A DNA stretch of 64,000 bases, taken from Marsupella aquatica (taxonomy: Eukaryota; Plantae; Marchantiophyta). Positions within the stretch are counted from its first letter, which is position 1. Each line of letters begins with the position of its first letter. Location: the NCBI GenBank assembly GCA_973895155.1, contig OZ316895.1, positions 24,929,538 through 24,993,537 of the forward strand, in the 5' to 3' direction. The notes beneath the pieces were generated by a model that saw only the letters and a program-made list of their open reading frames with translations, made no database searches and was not told where the DNA came from. This document shows positions 13,436 to 25,801 of the stretch, piece by piece. The position numbers were made by a program, and so were the translations under genes.

Positions 13436-14634
13436 TCATAATTAAAGTACAAATGAATGTATTAAGGAATGTACTAAGCTGGGCTGTAAAAATGTGGGGT
13501 TTTACATACATGGACACAAGACTATAAACGTGACGAAATGATGTAATCATGCAGGTCAGGTAAAGTAGGAAGATTGTTTGTTACACCAACAGTCTTCGGC
13601 CACAAATGAGTTTTCGGCCACAAATGAGGTGTTGTACAACACATTTGTTATGTCATACAGCCATCCATTTGAGTAGTGTTTTTTTATCTAGATGTAAGTG
13701 TCCAGTGTGAGGGAAAATTGGCAGGTCATGTGGGACTGGGGAAAATAAATTTTGATTTGTGTGAAGTGCGCCTCACACGTCGCTTCTAGGTTCTGAAAAT
13801 CTAGGGTTGATGGTAAAAATGAAAATGTATAATCTGAGTATGAAATAGATACGGAGGTGTCGAGGAGTAAAACTAGACCAGACCAGAATGGGGCAGGGGG
13901 AGTTTAGGGTCCATTTATATTGAATGTAATGAGAGAATTGTTTACTAGAATAAATGGTACCCCATATTTAAATAACGTGTCTATTGATCGATACCCAGGA
14001 AAGAAAATACCGTCCTATCTTCTTTGCACTTCAACCGATGCACAATGCTTGCCTTTCTAGAGAACAAGGTAGCCAAAACAAATTCACCGAAGAGAATAGA
14101 TAGTTCAAAACTCCTGACTCTAATTTACAAATACTACAAAAAAACATTTGACTCTTACCTGAAGTTTTCCTATCGTCTAAAATCTTAAAGTTTCCCTTTC
14201 CTGAAGCTCAAATTGTTTTTCCTTCCCTGCCCTTCCTCAAGTTTTTTTCCCTAGCGCCTGAAGCTGGAGTTTTTTTTTCCTTCCCCCCTGACGGTGAAGT
14301 TTTTTTTTCTTCCTGGAAAAAGCTGAATTTTTTTTTGCTTGCTTTGGTTTTTGCTGTTTTTCTTCTCCCCCACTTTCACATTATGTAGGTTTGTACATCA
14401 TGTGCGAAAAAAACTAGGATACAATGTATGGATTTGATGAAAAAAATCACCTCTGGTTTAGGGAACCAATATAGAGCAGGTAAATTCAGGCATGTACTTT
14501 GGCTGGTATTTGTCCCTGCAATACCCAAAATGCTGGTCCGGTGAGGTTTAGGGTCTTTTCAGTACGTTTGGAGTCCTTCTACCGGCGCAGGGCGCCTTCA
14601 TGGGGTCCCTGCCCGCTTTGTTGCTTGCTATGAC

Positions 14635-15121
14635 TAATAAAAGTACCCTCATTAATAAGAGTACCCTCATGGACAAGGCCCAACACAAGGATACCCTTAG
14701 GAGATAAGAGTACCCTCACTGATAAGGGTACCCTCATTATCAAAGTACCATTGTTGATAAGTGTACCCTCATTGATACTTAAGAGTACCCTCATACGCAA
14801 GGGTACCCTCAGGAGATAAGAGTACCCTCATTGATAAGGGTACCCTCACTGATCAAAGTACCATTGTTGATAAGCGTACCCATTGATAAGAGTACCCTCG
14901 CTGATAAGAGTCCCTCGCTGATAAGAGTACCCTCGTTGATAAGAGTATCCTCAAGCACAAGGGTACCCTCAGGAGATAAGAGTACCCTCATTGATAAGGG
15001 TACCCTCATTGATCTAATTAAGTACCATCGTTGATAAATGTACCACATTGATAAGAGTACCCTCACTGATAAGAGTACCCTCATGCACAAGGGTACCCTC
15101 AGGAGATAAAAGTACCCTCAT
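14635..15121. repeat. 18-bp minisatellite (GATAAGAGTACCCTCAYT), copy 1
   Basis: More than 20 tandem variants of GATAAG(A/G)GTACCCTCA(C/T)T with a higher-order structure punctuated by CAAGGGTACCCTCAGGA. Confidence 0.95.
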
Positions 15122-15762
15122 TCACATGGGGAGCAATGAAAATAGGGATAATTGTAACCACGTCCAAAAGGTGAGATCTGTGATCATAGCCATTCAAAAA
15201 TACTGTCCTTCAAAACCTTGAGGACTTTAGTTTAAGAACTTTTCTAACAAACAGTTCAAGAATGTTTTTATAACAAAGAATCCAATAAAGTGTAAACTTT
15301 AATTTTATGGTGTTCAATTTTTTTAGATTTTCCCACACTATAGCAAACAAATCCACTGAATTTTTTTATTCTAATTCCAATTCAGTAAAATTTACAATTC
15401 CGGTCAAATAGTACACGAACCATTTCAGATCTGAGTACCGAAATGCCGTAAGTTGTAATTTTTATCATTAGATTTATGAATAATTCAACATGTAGGTGGG
15501 AGAAAGGGGGAATTTTGATGTTGAGGTACTCACCTTCATAAATCTACTATTGATTTGTCCCAAGGAGTGTACAGTTCTTTCCTTGGTCTCGCCTCAATAT
15601 TTGTACAATGTTGGCATGAATGACACTGCACAGAACACTAAAAGGATTTAGTGTCTTGAGGATGACCAAAAACAATGACAAGAAACCTGAAACTGAAACT
15701 CATTTGTCCAAGTGCATGTAGAGCTTCATATCATTGGCAACAATAGTGCTTGAAGCCAACTT

Positions 15763-16265
15763 ACTTTTGAATGACGTGTAAGGCAATATCTTGTGAAAGA
15801 GGGCCGATAGCTTCCCAACTACTAAAGAAGTAGATTTTGCACTCACAAAGTCATCCCAACAACCAGATCCCCTTGTGCAATCTGAGAAACGTGGAGTATT
15901 CAATAAAAAGTTCAAAGCAAAATGTAATAAAACCATCATAAACTCAATATAATGAAATGTAACCATGTCCTTTGTGATAAATTCTGCAAACCCTTCTGCT
16001 TTTTAAATATCTACTAATTAAAAGGAAAAGGATAATACACCAGAATTTACTTCAAAACTCACTGTCAATCATGTTCTCCGAACAATAAGAATGATAGGGA
16101 GGGAAAATGTCAACCTGGGCATACGCCCAAGTCAGGGTGTGAAGCTTAATTTTCAGGATCCTGGAATTGTGGCCGGAGAGAGGCAGCTTGCAGCAACAAG
16201 TGCTTCAGGCTTCTTCCTCATCAGCATAGCCAACACCACTAGGAGACCAACCTAGAGCAAGTACA
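15763..16265 (-). pseudogene. Two-exon fragment of a TMEM214 (DUF2359)-like plant gene
   Basis: Minus strand reads VGLLVVLAMLMRKKPEAL...KLHTLTWAYAQ, then a GT..AG intron (16114-15882), then IAQGDLVVGMTL*VQNLLPLVVGK. This matches the remembered plant DUF2359 motif VLAMVLRRKP...WMIAQASQGDLAVGLYSWAHNLLP. Has a stop and frameshifts. Confidence 0.7.
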
Positions 16266-17477
16266 GGTCGAGCTCCCTCCTTGTTTGTGTAGTTCAATGT
16301 TCTGACCATGTTCAATGTGCTGCATTCCCTTGGGTTTGGATGATCTTCCCTTGGCAGAAATGAGTCACATTCCAGAGTTACTCCATGCATAATGATTATT
16401 CACCTGCCCCTGGGGTTGGATGATCTTTGTGTGGGATAAATGCCCGGTTTGAGTTAACGGGCAAGTTTACGTGTTGCCCTACGGGGTGTGGTTGGGACCG
16501 GGTGGGGTTGGGATAGGGTTGGGATGAGGTTGGGACGGTGTCAGGATAGGGGCGGGATGACCAGGTGTGACGGATGACAAATCAAGGCCAAACCAGGCAT
16601 AAATGAATCACACTTCAGAGTTACTCAAGGCAAAATGATTATTCTTCTGCCGCCAATCTGAATTGACTACTTGTAGCCTGGTGGAATCAGTGGATACTCA
16701 TTACTTGGCGAGAGGTTGCACCATAAAGATTGTTATGGTTAGGAATCAAATAATAGTTGAGTGTTCATTAAGTGTTTATAATACCTTGAAAGGGTTTAAC
16801 AGTTTAATGATTAGATGCATGGGACCCGGATGGGATCCCATATGAGCTTACACTTTGAATCGTTCAACAATTTGAACAATAAAATGTACAAGGGTAAATT
16901 TATAAGAAGGTAATGGCATTGTGACTTTTTTCATCAAAGCAAGCTGGAGTGCCAGTTCCTTGTTATTAGGATATATCTAGATCCAGACTAGCTCCAGAGT
17001 ACCAAAATCTCTGCACTTTTGGGGCACTCTGTTGTGCTATGCATTTGAGGGAGTATTCATATCTATAACTAGACCAATGCCCGTGCGTTGAACAAAAGAT
17101 GTTGACATGAGAAAACATACCAAGGAGAGAGAAAGAGTAAAAGTGAGGAAAAGATATCAAAGTGAGAAAACTAAGTGAATAGTTTAGCTACTCATTTGCT
17201 AAACTAACAACAATAAGTTCAGCAGTTAATTGGCAAGGGAGTCCACCCTACAATTTAGCTGGTTGCAGTCAAACTGGAGTTTGGACTTTGAATGCCATAA
17301 ACTTACATTCCACCATGGGTGAGTGCAATGTGTGTATTTAGGCAAAGCTCAGATAATTGAAGGGAATGGGCTTACTCCCCTCTTTTATAGGGGGAGTGAC
17401 ACTTATTTCACTGACAGTTTACATAAGACTGCAAGATGAGCATCACTAGAAATGGAAAATTAGTAAGAAATCATTAG

Positions 17478-17496
17478 TAAACCCTAAACCCTAAAC
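17478..17496. repeat. Short interstitial plant telomere repeat (CCCTAAA)n / telo-box
   Basis: TAAACCCTAAACCCTAAAC. Confidence 0.7.
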
Positions 17497-17866
17497 TTTC
17501 TACAGTAGTTGATTCTAAGTGTGTTAATTTATATATATAGTGCACGTTGCACATATTGGTGAGAGGCAGCCAGGGGTGAAGTCTCAATGTGTGATCACAT
17601 GTAGGGTCTGTTGAGGGGAATCTAACATTTAGGATACTTAGACCAGTACTGTCAAAGAACTCACACTCCCCTGCTGTAAATTAAGCCGACATTGCTCCAA
17701 AGCAGAGACAAACTTTCTAAGTTCATTGATCTACAAAACTCTCCCCACATTGAGACCTTACTAAAATAGAAAACGAGGAAGAAGTACATTTAAGAAAACT
17801 AAGGACCAATTTCCTGAAAAAGGCCAAACAAAGTACAATGGAGTAAAGCAAATTATAGAGATAAAC

Positions 17867-17885
17867 TAAACCCTAAACCCTAAAC
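17867..17885. repeat. Short interstitial plant telomere repeat (CCCTAAA)n / telo-box
   Basis: TAAACCCTAAACCCTAAAC. Confidence 0.7.
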
Positions 17886-18099
17886 TTTACCCTCAGCTTA
17901 AGTGATTTAGAAAGGAAATGCAAACACTATATATATTATCGGCGCATTACGGCCGTAGTGCAGCGGCTGTGTGGCTGTTTTGGAGGCCTGTAACAAGTGT
18001 AGTGGCGGTCGTGAAGAAGATGGTGTGGTCGTGTGTATACAAGCATCTGGCCCGTTCATTTAAAATCCACGGCCAACATTCATTGTTGACTTTCCATGC

Positions 18100-18310
18100 T
18101 AATATTTATTGTTACGATGGCTGATATTTATTGTTGACTTGTCGTGTCAAGGAGGTACTTTCCACGGCTAACATTTATTTTTGACTTTTCACGGTTGATA
18201 TTTATTGTTGGCTTGTCCTATCGAGGAGATACTTGTGGCGGATAAGCAGGTTGATATTTATTGTTGACTTGTCTTGTCGAGGAGATACTTGTGACATATA
18301 AGCAGGAATG
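18100..18310. repeat. Short tandem repeats GATATTTATTGTTGACTTGTC
   Basis: Five recurrences of ATATTTATTGTT(G/A) or close variants with shared downstream GAGGAG(A/G)TACTT. Confidence 0.7.
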
Positions 18311-18659
18311 ATGATTTGTATACATAATTATGTTAACCATATATTGTAAGAACTGGGATTTTCCATTGAAGATTGGATTGAATTGAAGTCCTTGCACATG
18401 ATCTTGCCCATCTATCTCTTCTTATTGACAGTCCAGATTTTCTCTGAATTTCCCCTCTTTCTAGACTAAGTGTTGGCTTTTCTTTATCATCTTCCTTGTC
18501 CATCTTTTACAACTGACTGCCCAATGTGTCAGTCTGCCCTTGTTGTGGCTGTCTATACTCAGGGATCAAAGGTTCAAAGGTTTAGTGTTGATTTTCCCTT
18601 TTGTGTTGGATTTTCTTTATCATCTTTCTTGTCCATCTTTTACAACATGGTTGTCTCTA

Positions 18660-20118
18660 TCCCAACAAACAACTTCCCCGGCAACTCCCAACCCACAATG
18701 TCAACCCCCACCCACAACCAAACTCCAAACTCCTTCAACCTCCAACACATAACTCCCCAACTCCCTCAACCCCCAACATACAACTGTCTACCTACCCAAC
18801 CCAAGACACAACTTCCAATCCTTGAACCCCCAACACCCAACTCTACAACAAATTAAATCCCCAACTCACTCAACCCCCAACACACAACTCTCAACCTACC
18901 CAACCCAAGACACAACTTCCCCTTGAACCCACAACCCCTTAATCCCCAACACACAACTCCCAACCCCCTCAGCCCCCCAACACTACACCAAATTTTGTAA
19001 CTCCAAACTTTCTCAACTCCCAACATAAATCTCTCAACCTACCCAACCCAAGACACAACTCCCCAAATGAATCCCTCAACCCCCAACACCCAACTCTACA
19101 ACAAATTAAATCCCTAACTCCAGACTTTCTCAACCCCCAACACATCTCCCCCAACCCATGCCACAACCCACAACCAAACTCCCCAACTCACTCAACTCCC
19201 AACACACAACTCTCAACCTACCCAACCCAAGACACAACTTCCCCTTGAACCCACAACCCCTCAATCCCCAACCCACGACTCCCCCAACCCACAATGTCAA
19301 CCCCCACCCACAACCAAACTCCAAACTCCTTCAACCGGTAAACACATAACTCCCCAACTCCCTTAACCCCCAACATACAACTATCTATCTACCCAACCCA
19401 AGACACAACTTCCAATCCCTCAACCCCCAACACCCAACAATCCCCAACACCCCTCAATCCCCAACACACAACTCCCAACCCCCTCACACCCCAACACAAC
19501 ACCAAATTTTGTAACTCCAAACTGTGTTAACTCCCAACACAAATCTCTCAACCTACCCAACCCAAGACACAACTCCCCAAATGAATCCCTCAACCCCCAA
19601 CACCCAACTCTACAACAAATTAACTCCCTAACTCCAAACTTTCTCAACCCCCAACACATCTCCCCCAACCCATGCCACAACCCACATTTCCTAACCTAAC
19701 CTACAACCAAACTCCCCAACTTACTCAACTCCCAACACAGAATTCTCAACCTACCCAACCCAAGACACAACTCCCCAAATGAATCCCTTAACCCCCAACA
19801 CCCAACTCTACAACAAATTAACTCCCTAACTCCAGACTTTCTCAACCCCCAACACATCTCCCCCAACCCATGCCACAACCCAAATTTCCTAACCCAATCT
19901 GCAACCAAGCTCCCCAACATACAACTCTCAACCTACCCAACCCAAGACACAACTTCCCCTTGAACCCACAACCCCTCAATCCCCAACACACAACTCCCAA
20001 CCCCCTCAGCCCCAACACCACACCAAATTTTGTAACTCCAGTCTTTCTCAACTCCCAACATAAGACCCTAAACCCATGCCACAACCCACATTTCCTAACC
20101 CAATCTACAACCAAACAT
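18660..20118. repeat. ~1.45-kb C/A-rich strand-asymmetric complex satellite upstream of the YR-helicase gene
   Basis: Almost G-free on the + strand. Recurrent modules TCTCAACCTACCCAACCCAAGACACAACT, CAACCCCCAACAC and CCCCCAACCCATGCCACAACCC. Confidence 0.95.
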
Positions 20119-20839
20119 TGATGTCCTTAGTTCAAGCATTTTGTCTTCATTAGATGGTAGAGTTGCCACATCACATTATACAGTGGTTGCCCACATGTAT
20201 CGCATTACACAGTGGTTGCAGCTAGTCACTTTGCAAATGTCGGCGGCAAGTTGAACTGCGATAATCTACCTTTGGGAATTGAACAGAATCATTCTACAAG
20301 CTTCCAAGCCCCATAATATTTTGTCAGGTAAATTAAATAAAAGTAATCTATTGGGACAAGCTTTAATTCATGAAGGACATAATTCCTTAAATTCTCTTAA
20401 CAAATGCGAATATATGCATGGGATTATGATTTTGAATCTATATATGTATGCAAAATGCATTGGGCATGTAGCTGTCAGTTGTGCTCTGGGGGTTGACTGC
20501 ATAGCTGGCCATGCAATGATTATCTATTTTTGTGCACACATTTATTAGCTTTACATTGATGTCTTCAGACTCCAAATCTTTACGGTTTTAGTTTATTACA
20601 TTGCTCTGAATTTTTTACAGAGAACTGAACTCCAATAGACTACCTTGTAACATCATGATCAGAACTCAAGCGCAAGCTCAATTATAACTATGCTTGAGAG
20701 TTCAGTAGCTTGGTAGATACTAGAGACAAAGAACACTTGCATGAGCTTCCTGTAATCTATTCCTGCGCTTCTTGTAATCTATTCCCGATAGTACATGGCG
20801 ATTTATGGCACGAGCTTGTGACATTGATGTGTAGGATCG

Positions 20840-23800
20840 ATGGAGACAACCATTTTTCCATGTAGTGCGTGTGAGCAGATTTTTCAATCAGCAAGAGCAA
20901 GAGATGCTCACAAACGTTTTGAGCACAGGATGACGTTCAAATTCAAGCATTGCGATGGCACTGTGGAGATCCTCCACAAGTCTGAAAATGGGATGTTCGC
21001 ATGCCCCGATAATATGTGTTCTCAGTATTACACACGCGGCGATAGTCTTCGCCGACACTATGACACAATCCATGTTAATCAAGTCGAAAGATTTGTTGAT
21101 CCACACGACTTGGCGGTTAATGAAGGATTGTGCATTACACCAGATCATTCTGGTACACCAGAGATCTTGAGAAGTGTTAATCTCTGCGTTGTTCGTCATG
21201 AGGAATTGGTTTTCCTTGTATGTATAGAGTGTCATTCGGTACTCATATACAATGAAAATATCAATATCATTCATCATGTTCAAAAGCATCAACGGGAGAA
21301 ATCAAGGTGTCATCGAATAGCATCAGACTACGACAGTCATCAACTATTGAGGAGCTTACAACAGTTCTCTTTTACAAGCATGGATGATACATCCATATTA
21401 CCATATACAAGAGATCCACCAGCTGCATTGCTTTCTCCAGTACCAGGTGTTGTCATTCGACACGGCTTTTCTTGCAAACAATGCATCTACTATTGTGGGG
21501 AGAAAAGGTCAATGTCCAATCATCGTTTGAGAAAACATCCTGAGTTGTCCTATGTCAATGTGAAGAGTGAATGCCAAGTTCAAATCCTCTCAGATCGTGT
21601 TATAGGCCTCAAATACTTCGGTGTTCAACATCACAATCTCAATCTCGATGGGGATGACTGTCACTTGCAATCTAAAAGTTTGAGGGCTATAATCACAAAG
21701 GAGTTTGATGACCATTTTCAGTCTTTGCGGTTAGAACTTCTACCTCCAATTGCTGAGCTAACTCCATGGCTAGCACAGTCTAAATGGCATGAGCTTGCGG
21801 CCCAATTCATGCCAAAAGGGGTACCATTTTTGCAGGTGAAAGCACAGATGCTCCCACCACCAAAGCAGGGCAAATCTCCACTCTCATATGTCAGTCAAGT
21901 GGTGACTATCTACATGAACAATGTACAAGATTTGGTTCTTAAAGAGGTGGATTACAGATTGAGAAGACTAGTGGAGAAGACAAATATCAATGATGATGTT
22001 GCAGTGGGATTCAATCAATTGAACTCAAAATCATCAAGGAGTAGGTACTGTGATATAATCACAGAATTCATTCTCTGCTTGCTTCGATCATCTTCTAATG
22101 AGCTTAGTTCGGACATTCATGTTTTTCAAACAAACAGAGAAGAAATGGAAATTGCTCTTCAAAAATTCATGAGTCAACTCAATGAATTAGATGACAATTC
22201 TATTGACAATGTTGATTTAGCTGTTCTACATAATGTGTTGATTCATCTTTGGACTCCAAAGATGCCTGCAACACTTGAAGCAGGAAGAGCAGCGAACTGT
22301 ATTTTCACTCGGTTTCTTATTTTACATTCACTCATAAAAGTTGGCCACAGTCCAGAAGCAGAAGAGTATTCATTTCGGCATGTTCGTCATCTTACACAAC
22401 CAATGGCGATACTCAAATATTGGGCTAGGGTGACCATTTTGATGCACCTTGCACAATGTTTTTGGCATAAAAACCCAAGCACCATTCTTAATGAAGAAGC
22501 TGATCGACTTCTTCAATATTTAAGTGACATAGCACTACCTACTCCATTTACTATTGTATCGCAATCTCTGCGCTTGGCAAATAGGATTACTGCAGGGACT
22601 CCAGTATGGCCAAGACTAGTACCATTGAATGCCAATAATACAGCATGTCTAGTTGATGGTGAATCTATTACAATCGACAATTTTCGAGATATGGTGCATG
22701 CTATTATTCAAGAAGCCCACTCAATTTTAAATTGTGATGTGCTTCTTGGTCTCCGAACAGATTGGGTTGACAAATTACTTAAGGAGAGTCGTGCTATTTA
22801 CGACGATGTCAACAACACAGAAGTTGGGTACAACTTTGTCATAGATCCTCGCAACCGGATTCTTCAGCAACATGGCCTCGATCTACTAACACACTTGTTT
22901 GTTGATCCTAAGATTAGAGGACACTTTATTCTCGGGCGGACAGATCGAAATGATGTCATTTGGAATGATATCACACTTTATAAGTGGATGACTGCTTGCT
23001 CTGATTTACAAGAAAAATTGAATCTGCTTATACATTTCACTGCCGGTCTACCAGCAAGGGGCGAAGAGTACAACAGTTTCTTGATTCGCAACACAGCCAC
23101 AAGCGAGAGGTCATTTTATTGGGCAACAGCAGGCCCAGATGATGATCCAACAACAAAATTGTTAGAGCATCATACAATAGCGCTCTTTCAAACCTATCAT
23201 AAAGGTGCAAATACAGGTGCTCCAATGAAACCACTTATACGGTTTCTTCCAAGTTCTTTAAGAACTCTGTTTCTGGTATACTTTTGTTTGGTGAGGCCTA
23301 CACAATCTTATGTTGCACAGAAAATATGGGGAAAGGAGGTTGCCCGTAATTATGATGATTGTTGGTTCGTTGATATGGATAAAAAGCAAGATGCACATGA
23401 TCTTTCCAAGAGCATACACAACAATTTCTTTAAGCGTTGTGGAGTCACATTCGGGCTTTCAGAATACCGACACCTAGCAGCATTTTTTTCAGAAAAGATT
23501 CGAGACCAACGCACTCAAGATCTTGATGATATTGTAGATGTGGCAGGTGGACATACAACAGCTACAATGGGACATCATTATGCTCAAAGTGTAAAAGATT
23601 TAAGAGCTATTGATGGACATCTCTTGAGAGCATTCCGAATATTTACAGATAAGTGGCATGCATTGCTTAATCTTTCGGATAAGTCCCCAAGATTGATTCA
23701 TCTGGATAGCTCAACAACAGGTTGCAGGGAAGTCACACTAGATCCTTTTCCAAGAACCACTACTGTTCTACGTCCACGTCATGACATTGAGCTTGAAATT

Positions 23801-25801
23801 GATCATGTTCCAAGCAAGACAAGGGTTGTTTATTGCCCTGCCTATGGAGAACCATCAACATCAGTTGTGGGAGATGTTGATTCGGCACTGCACATCTGTC
23901 ACGACACAAGTATAAGAGCTTCCATAGCTCTACACAAGTTGGGTCACAAAAGGTGGAGGTCAACTGAACAAGCAATCTCTGTTGCTTTGGCTATTGAAAA
24001 CACTGTGGATTTTGTAACTGTACTTCCCACTGGAACAGGAAAGTCATTGATTTTCATGGCCCCTTCCACATTGATGGACAAAACAGTGATTGTGGTAGTC
24101 CCATTCAAATCTCTCATATCGGGTCACTTATCTGAATGCAGAAAAGCAGGAATTGGTCACACTGTGTTCACAAGTGGATTTGCACTCGGGATAGGAGTAA
24201 CACCTGCAATTGTTTTTGTATCTATCGAGACTGCAGCTGATTCAGATACATTTGGTGTCTTTGCAAACCACTTGCAAGCTACACAAAGATTGCATTCGAT
24301 TGTTTTTGATGAGATTCATACACTACAGTGTCATTTCCGTCCAAAAATGAGAAATCTGATTTCTCTAATGAAAGTTCCTTGTCAAATTATAGGATTAACA
24401 GCGACATTACCACCCACACAACAATCTGATATCGAACTGACTTTGGGTTCAAGATTACATTGGGTTCGTTCTTCTACTGTTAGGCCAAACATCCGATACA
24501 TGGTTGTGGAAGTGCCTGACATGGATGGAGAAATAGTTAGACAGCTTCAAGATTGGAAGAGATCTAGCCTGGTTCATGACCGGGCCATTGTCTATTGCCT
24601 AACAAGAGATGAAGTCCAAGAGATGGCAAAGCTACTCGAAGCCAGGAACTTGTGCTGTACATTTTTGCATGCAGGATGTAGCACAGCAGACACCGTGAAA
24701 ACCTTGAAGAAGTGGGAGTCGAAGGGTTGTGAAATCATGGTGGCAACTGGGGTCATTGGTTCTGGCTATAATTACAAGTCAATCAGACTTGTAATTCACA
24801 GAGGTAATTTCAGGTCCTTTGAGCAATTTCATTAGGAATCTGGCCGAGCTGGGCGTGATGGTTTATTAGCAATAAGCACTGTTGTTTCTAACTCCAGCTA
24901 CCGCAATGAGGCCTTGAGGATGGACTCCAACTTCAAGATTCCAAACAAATGGATTGAGGAGACAAAAATGTGTCGTCGCTTTGCACTACATGCTAGCGTT
25001 GATGGTAAGCCACAGATGTGTTACCTCATCCCGGATGCAATTCCTTGTGACATATGCTCCCAAGCAGCAGACAATCAGGAACTACCAATGGAATATGAGG
25101 CCGAAGAATTATCACAAGCTAGGTCAGAAGTGGTTGAAATTGTATCTCAGGGGAGCATCTCCCAAAACATACAAGGAGGACAGAGTGTTAGGGTTACAGC
25201 ACCAGGTGAAAGAACAACACCAGCATCATCACTCGGATCATCCCAAGGCAAAGGAACCACAACCACGGTTGTGGCAAGAGCTCGACCAACACTCATCAAA
25301 CAAAGAATTGACGAAGCCATGAATAAGATTTGTATCATCCGTAAATTTGCTGGGGATAGGAAAAAGTGCTTGATGTGTTGGAGTCCCCTCTCAAAGAGTG
25401 TTCCTCATGGTATTTTGCAATGTCCTTATGTACGGGGACGATGTGTGAAGTGTCTAGGAACACACAACCGTGCAAATTGCGATAACAAGTTTCCTTCTCG
25501 ACCAGACACTTGTTTCAAGTGTCACTTCCCACACCAGCCTAGTGGGATGAGATTTCATGAAGGGCTGTATGGAGATCAGTGTGAAGATGAATCAGGAGAG
25601 AGATTGCGGCTTTTTGTGTGGAAGGCATGGCGATTTGATAACATACAGAGCGATTTATTCCGAGCAATTCCTGAAATCAAAGGGAAAAGTGACCAGGAGC
25701 TGTGTGAATGGGTTGTGTCTACAAGTCCTGAGGCTCTGGGCAACAATTTTATGCGTCTTGTAGCAACCATTGTGAGGATCAAGTATCCTGAATTTCGGTG
25801 A
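20840..25801 (+). pseudogene. Zinc finger + tyrosine-recombinase-like domain + RecQ-type SF2 helicase + Cys/His-rich tail (telomere-linked-helicase-like), ~1653 codons, one internal stop
   Basis: N-terminal C2H2 fingers (CSAC...HKRFEH; CPDNMC...HYDTIH; CIEC...HVQKH; CKQC...HRLRKH). YR-like motifs GLPARGEE, TYHKG, SEYRHLA, GGHT, HHYA. Helicase motifs LPTGTGKS, DEIH, LTATLPP, IVYC, HAG, VAT, [Q>*]ESGRAGRDG, then RQC-like CRR...CDIC. ORFs 20840..24835 and 24914..25801 are in one frame, separated only by TAG at 24833-24835. Confidence 0.9.

Larger units (their letters stand above)
10549..16389 (+). repeat. Long direct repeat, copy 1 (at least 5.8 kb; right end undefined because copy 2 leaves the window)
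   Basis: Collinear and nearly identical to 58190-64000, both starting TGTATATATCTTCTCTGCACAGCGCGTGCAATGAGG. Differences are scattered SNPs and small indels, including an extra ~35-bp subrepeat at ~13280-13315. Confidence 0.97.

Noticed and set aside
14635-15121. Regular short repeats resembling a CRISPR array
   Set aside because: Units are contiguous with no unique spacers, there are no cas genes, and the context is eukaryotic. It is a minisatellite.
18470-20121. Numerous P/T/N-rich or G/L/V-rich ORFs
   Set aside because: Products of the low-complexity satellite. The same applies to ORFs in 14579-15090, 57891-58220 and 62188-62699.
20840-23700. Starship captain (DUF3435)
   Set aside because: Captains are stand-alone YRs at the element's 5' edge. 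This domain is fused to a helicase and lies ~10 kb inside. Only an analogy is claimed.
20840-25801. Helitron RepHel or a canonical host RecQ gene
   Set aside because: The helicase is SF2 RecQ-type (DExH, QExGRAGRDG), not Pif1/SF1, and I see no HUH Rep motifs. It is intronless and has a long YR-like N-terminus unlike plant RecQs.
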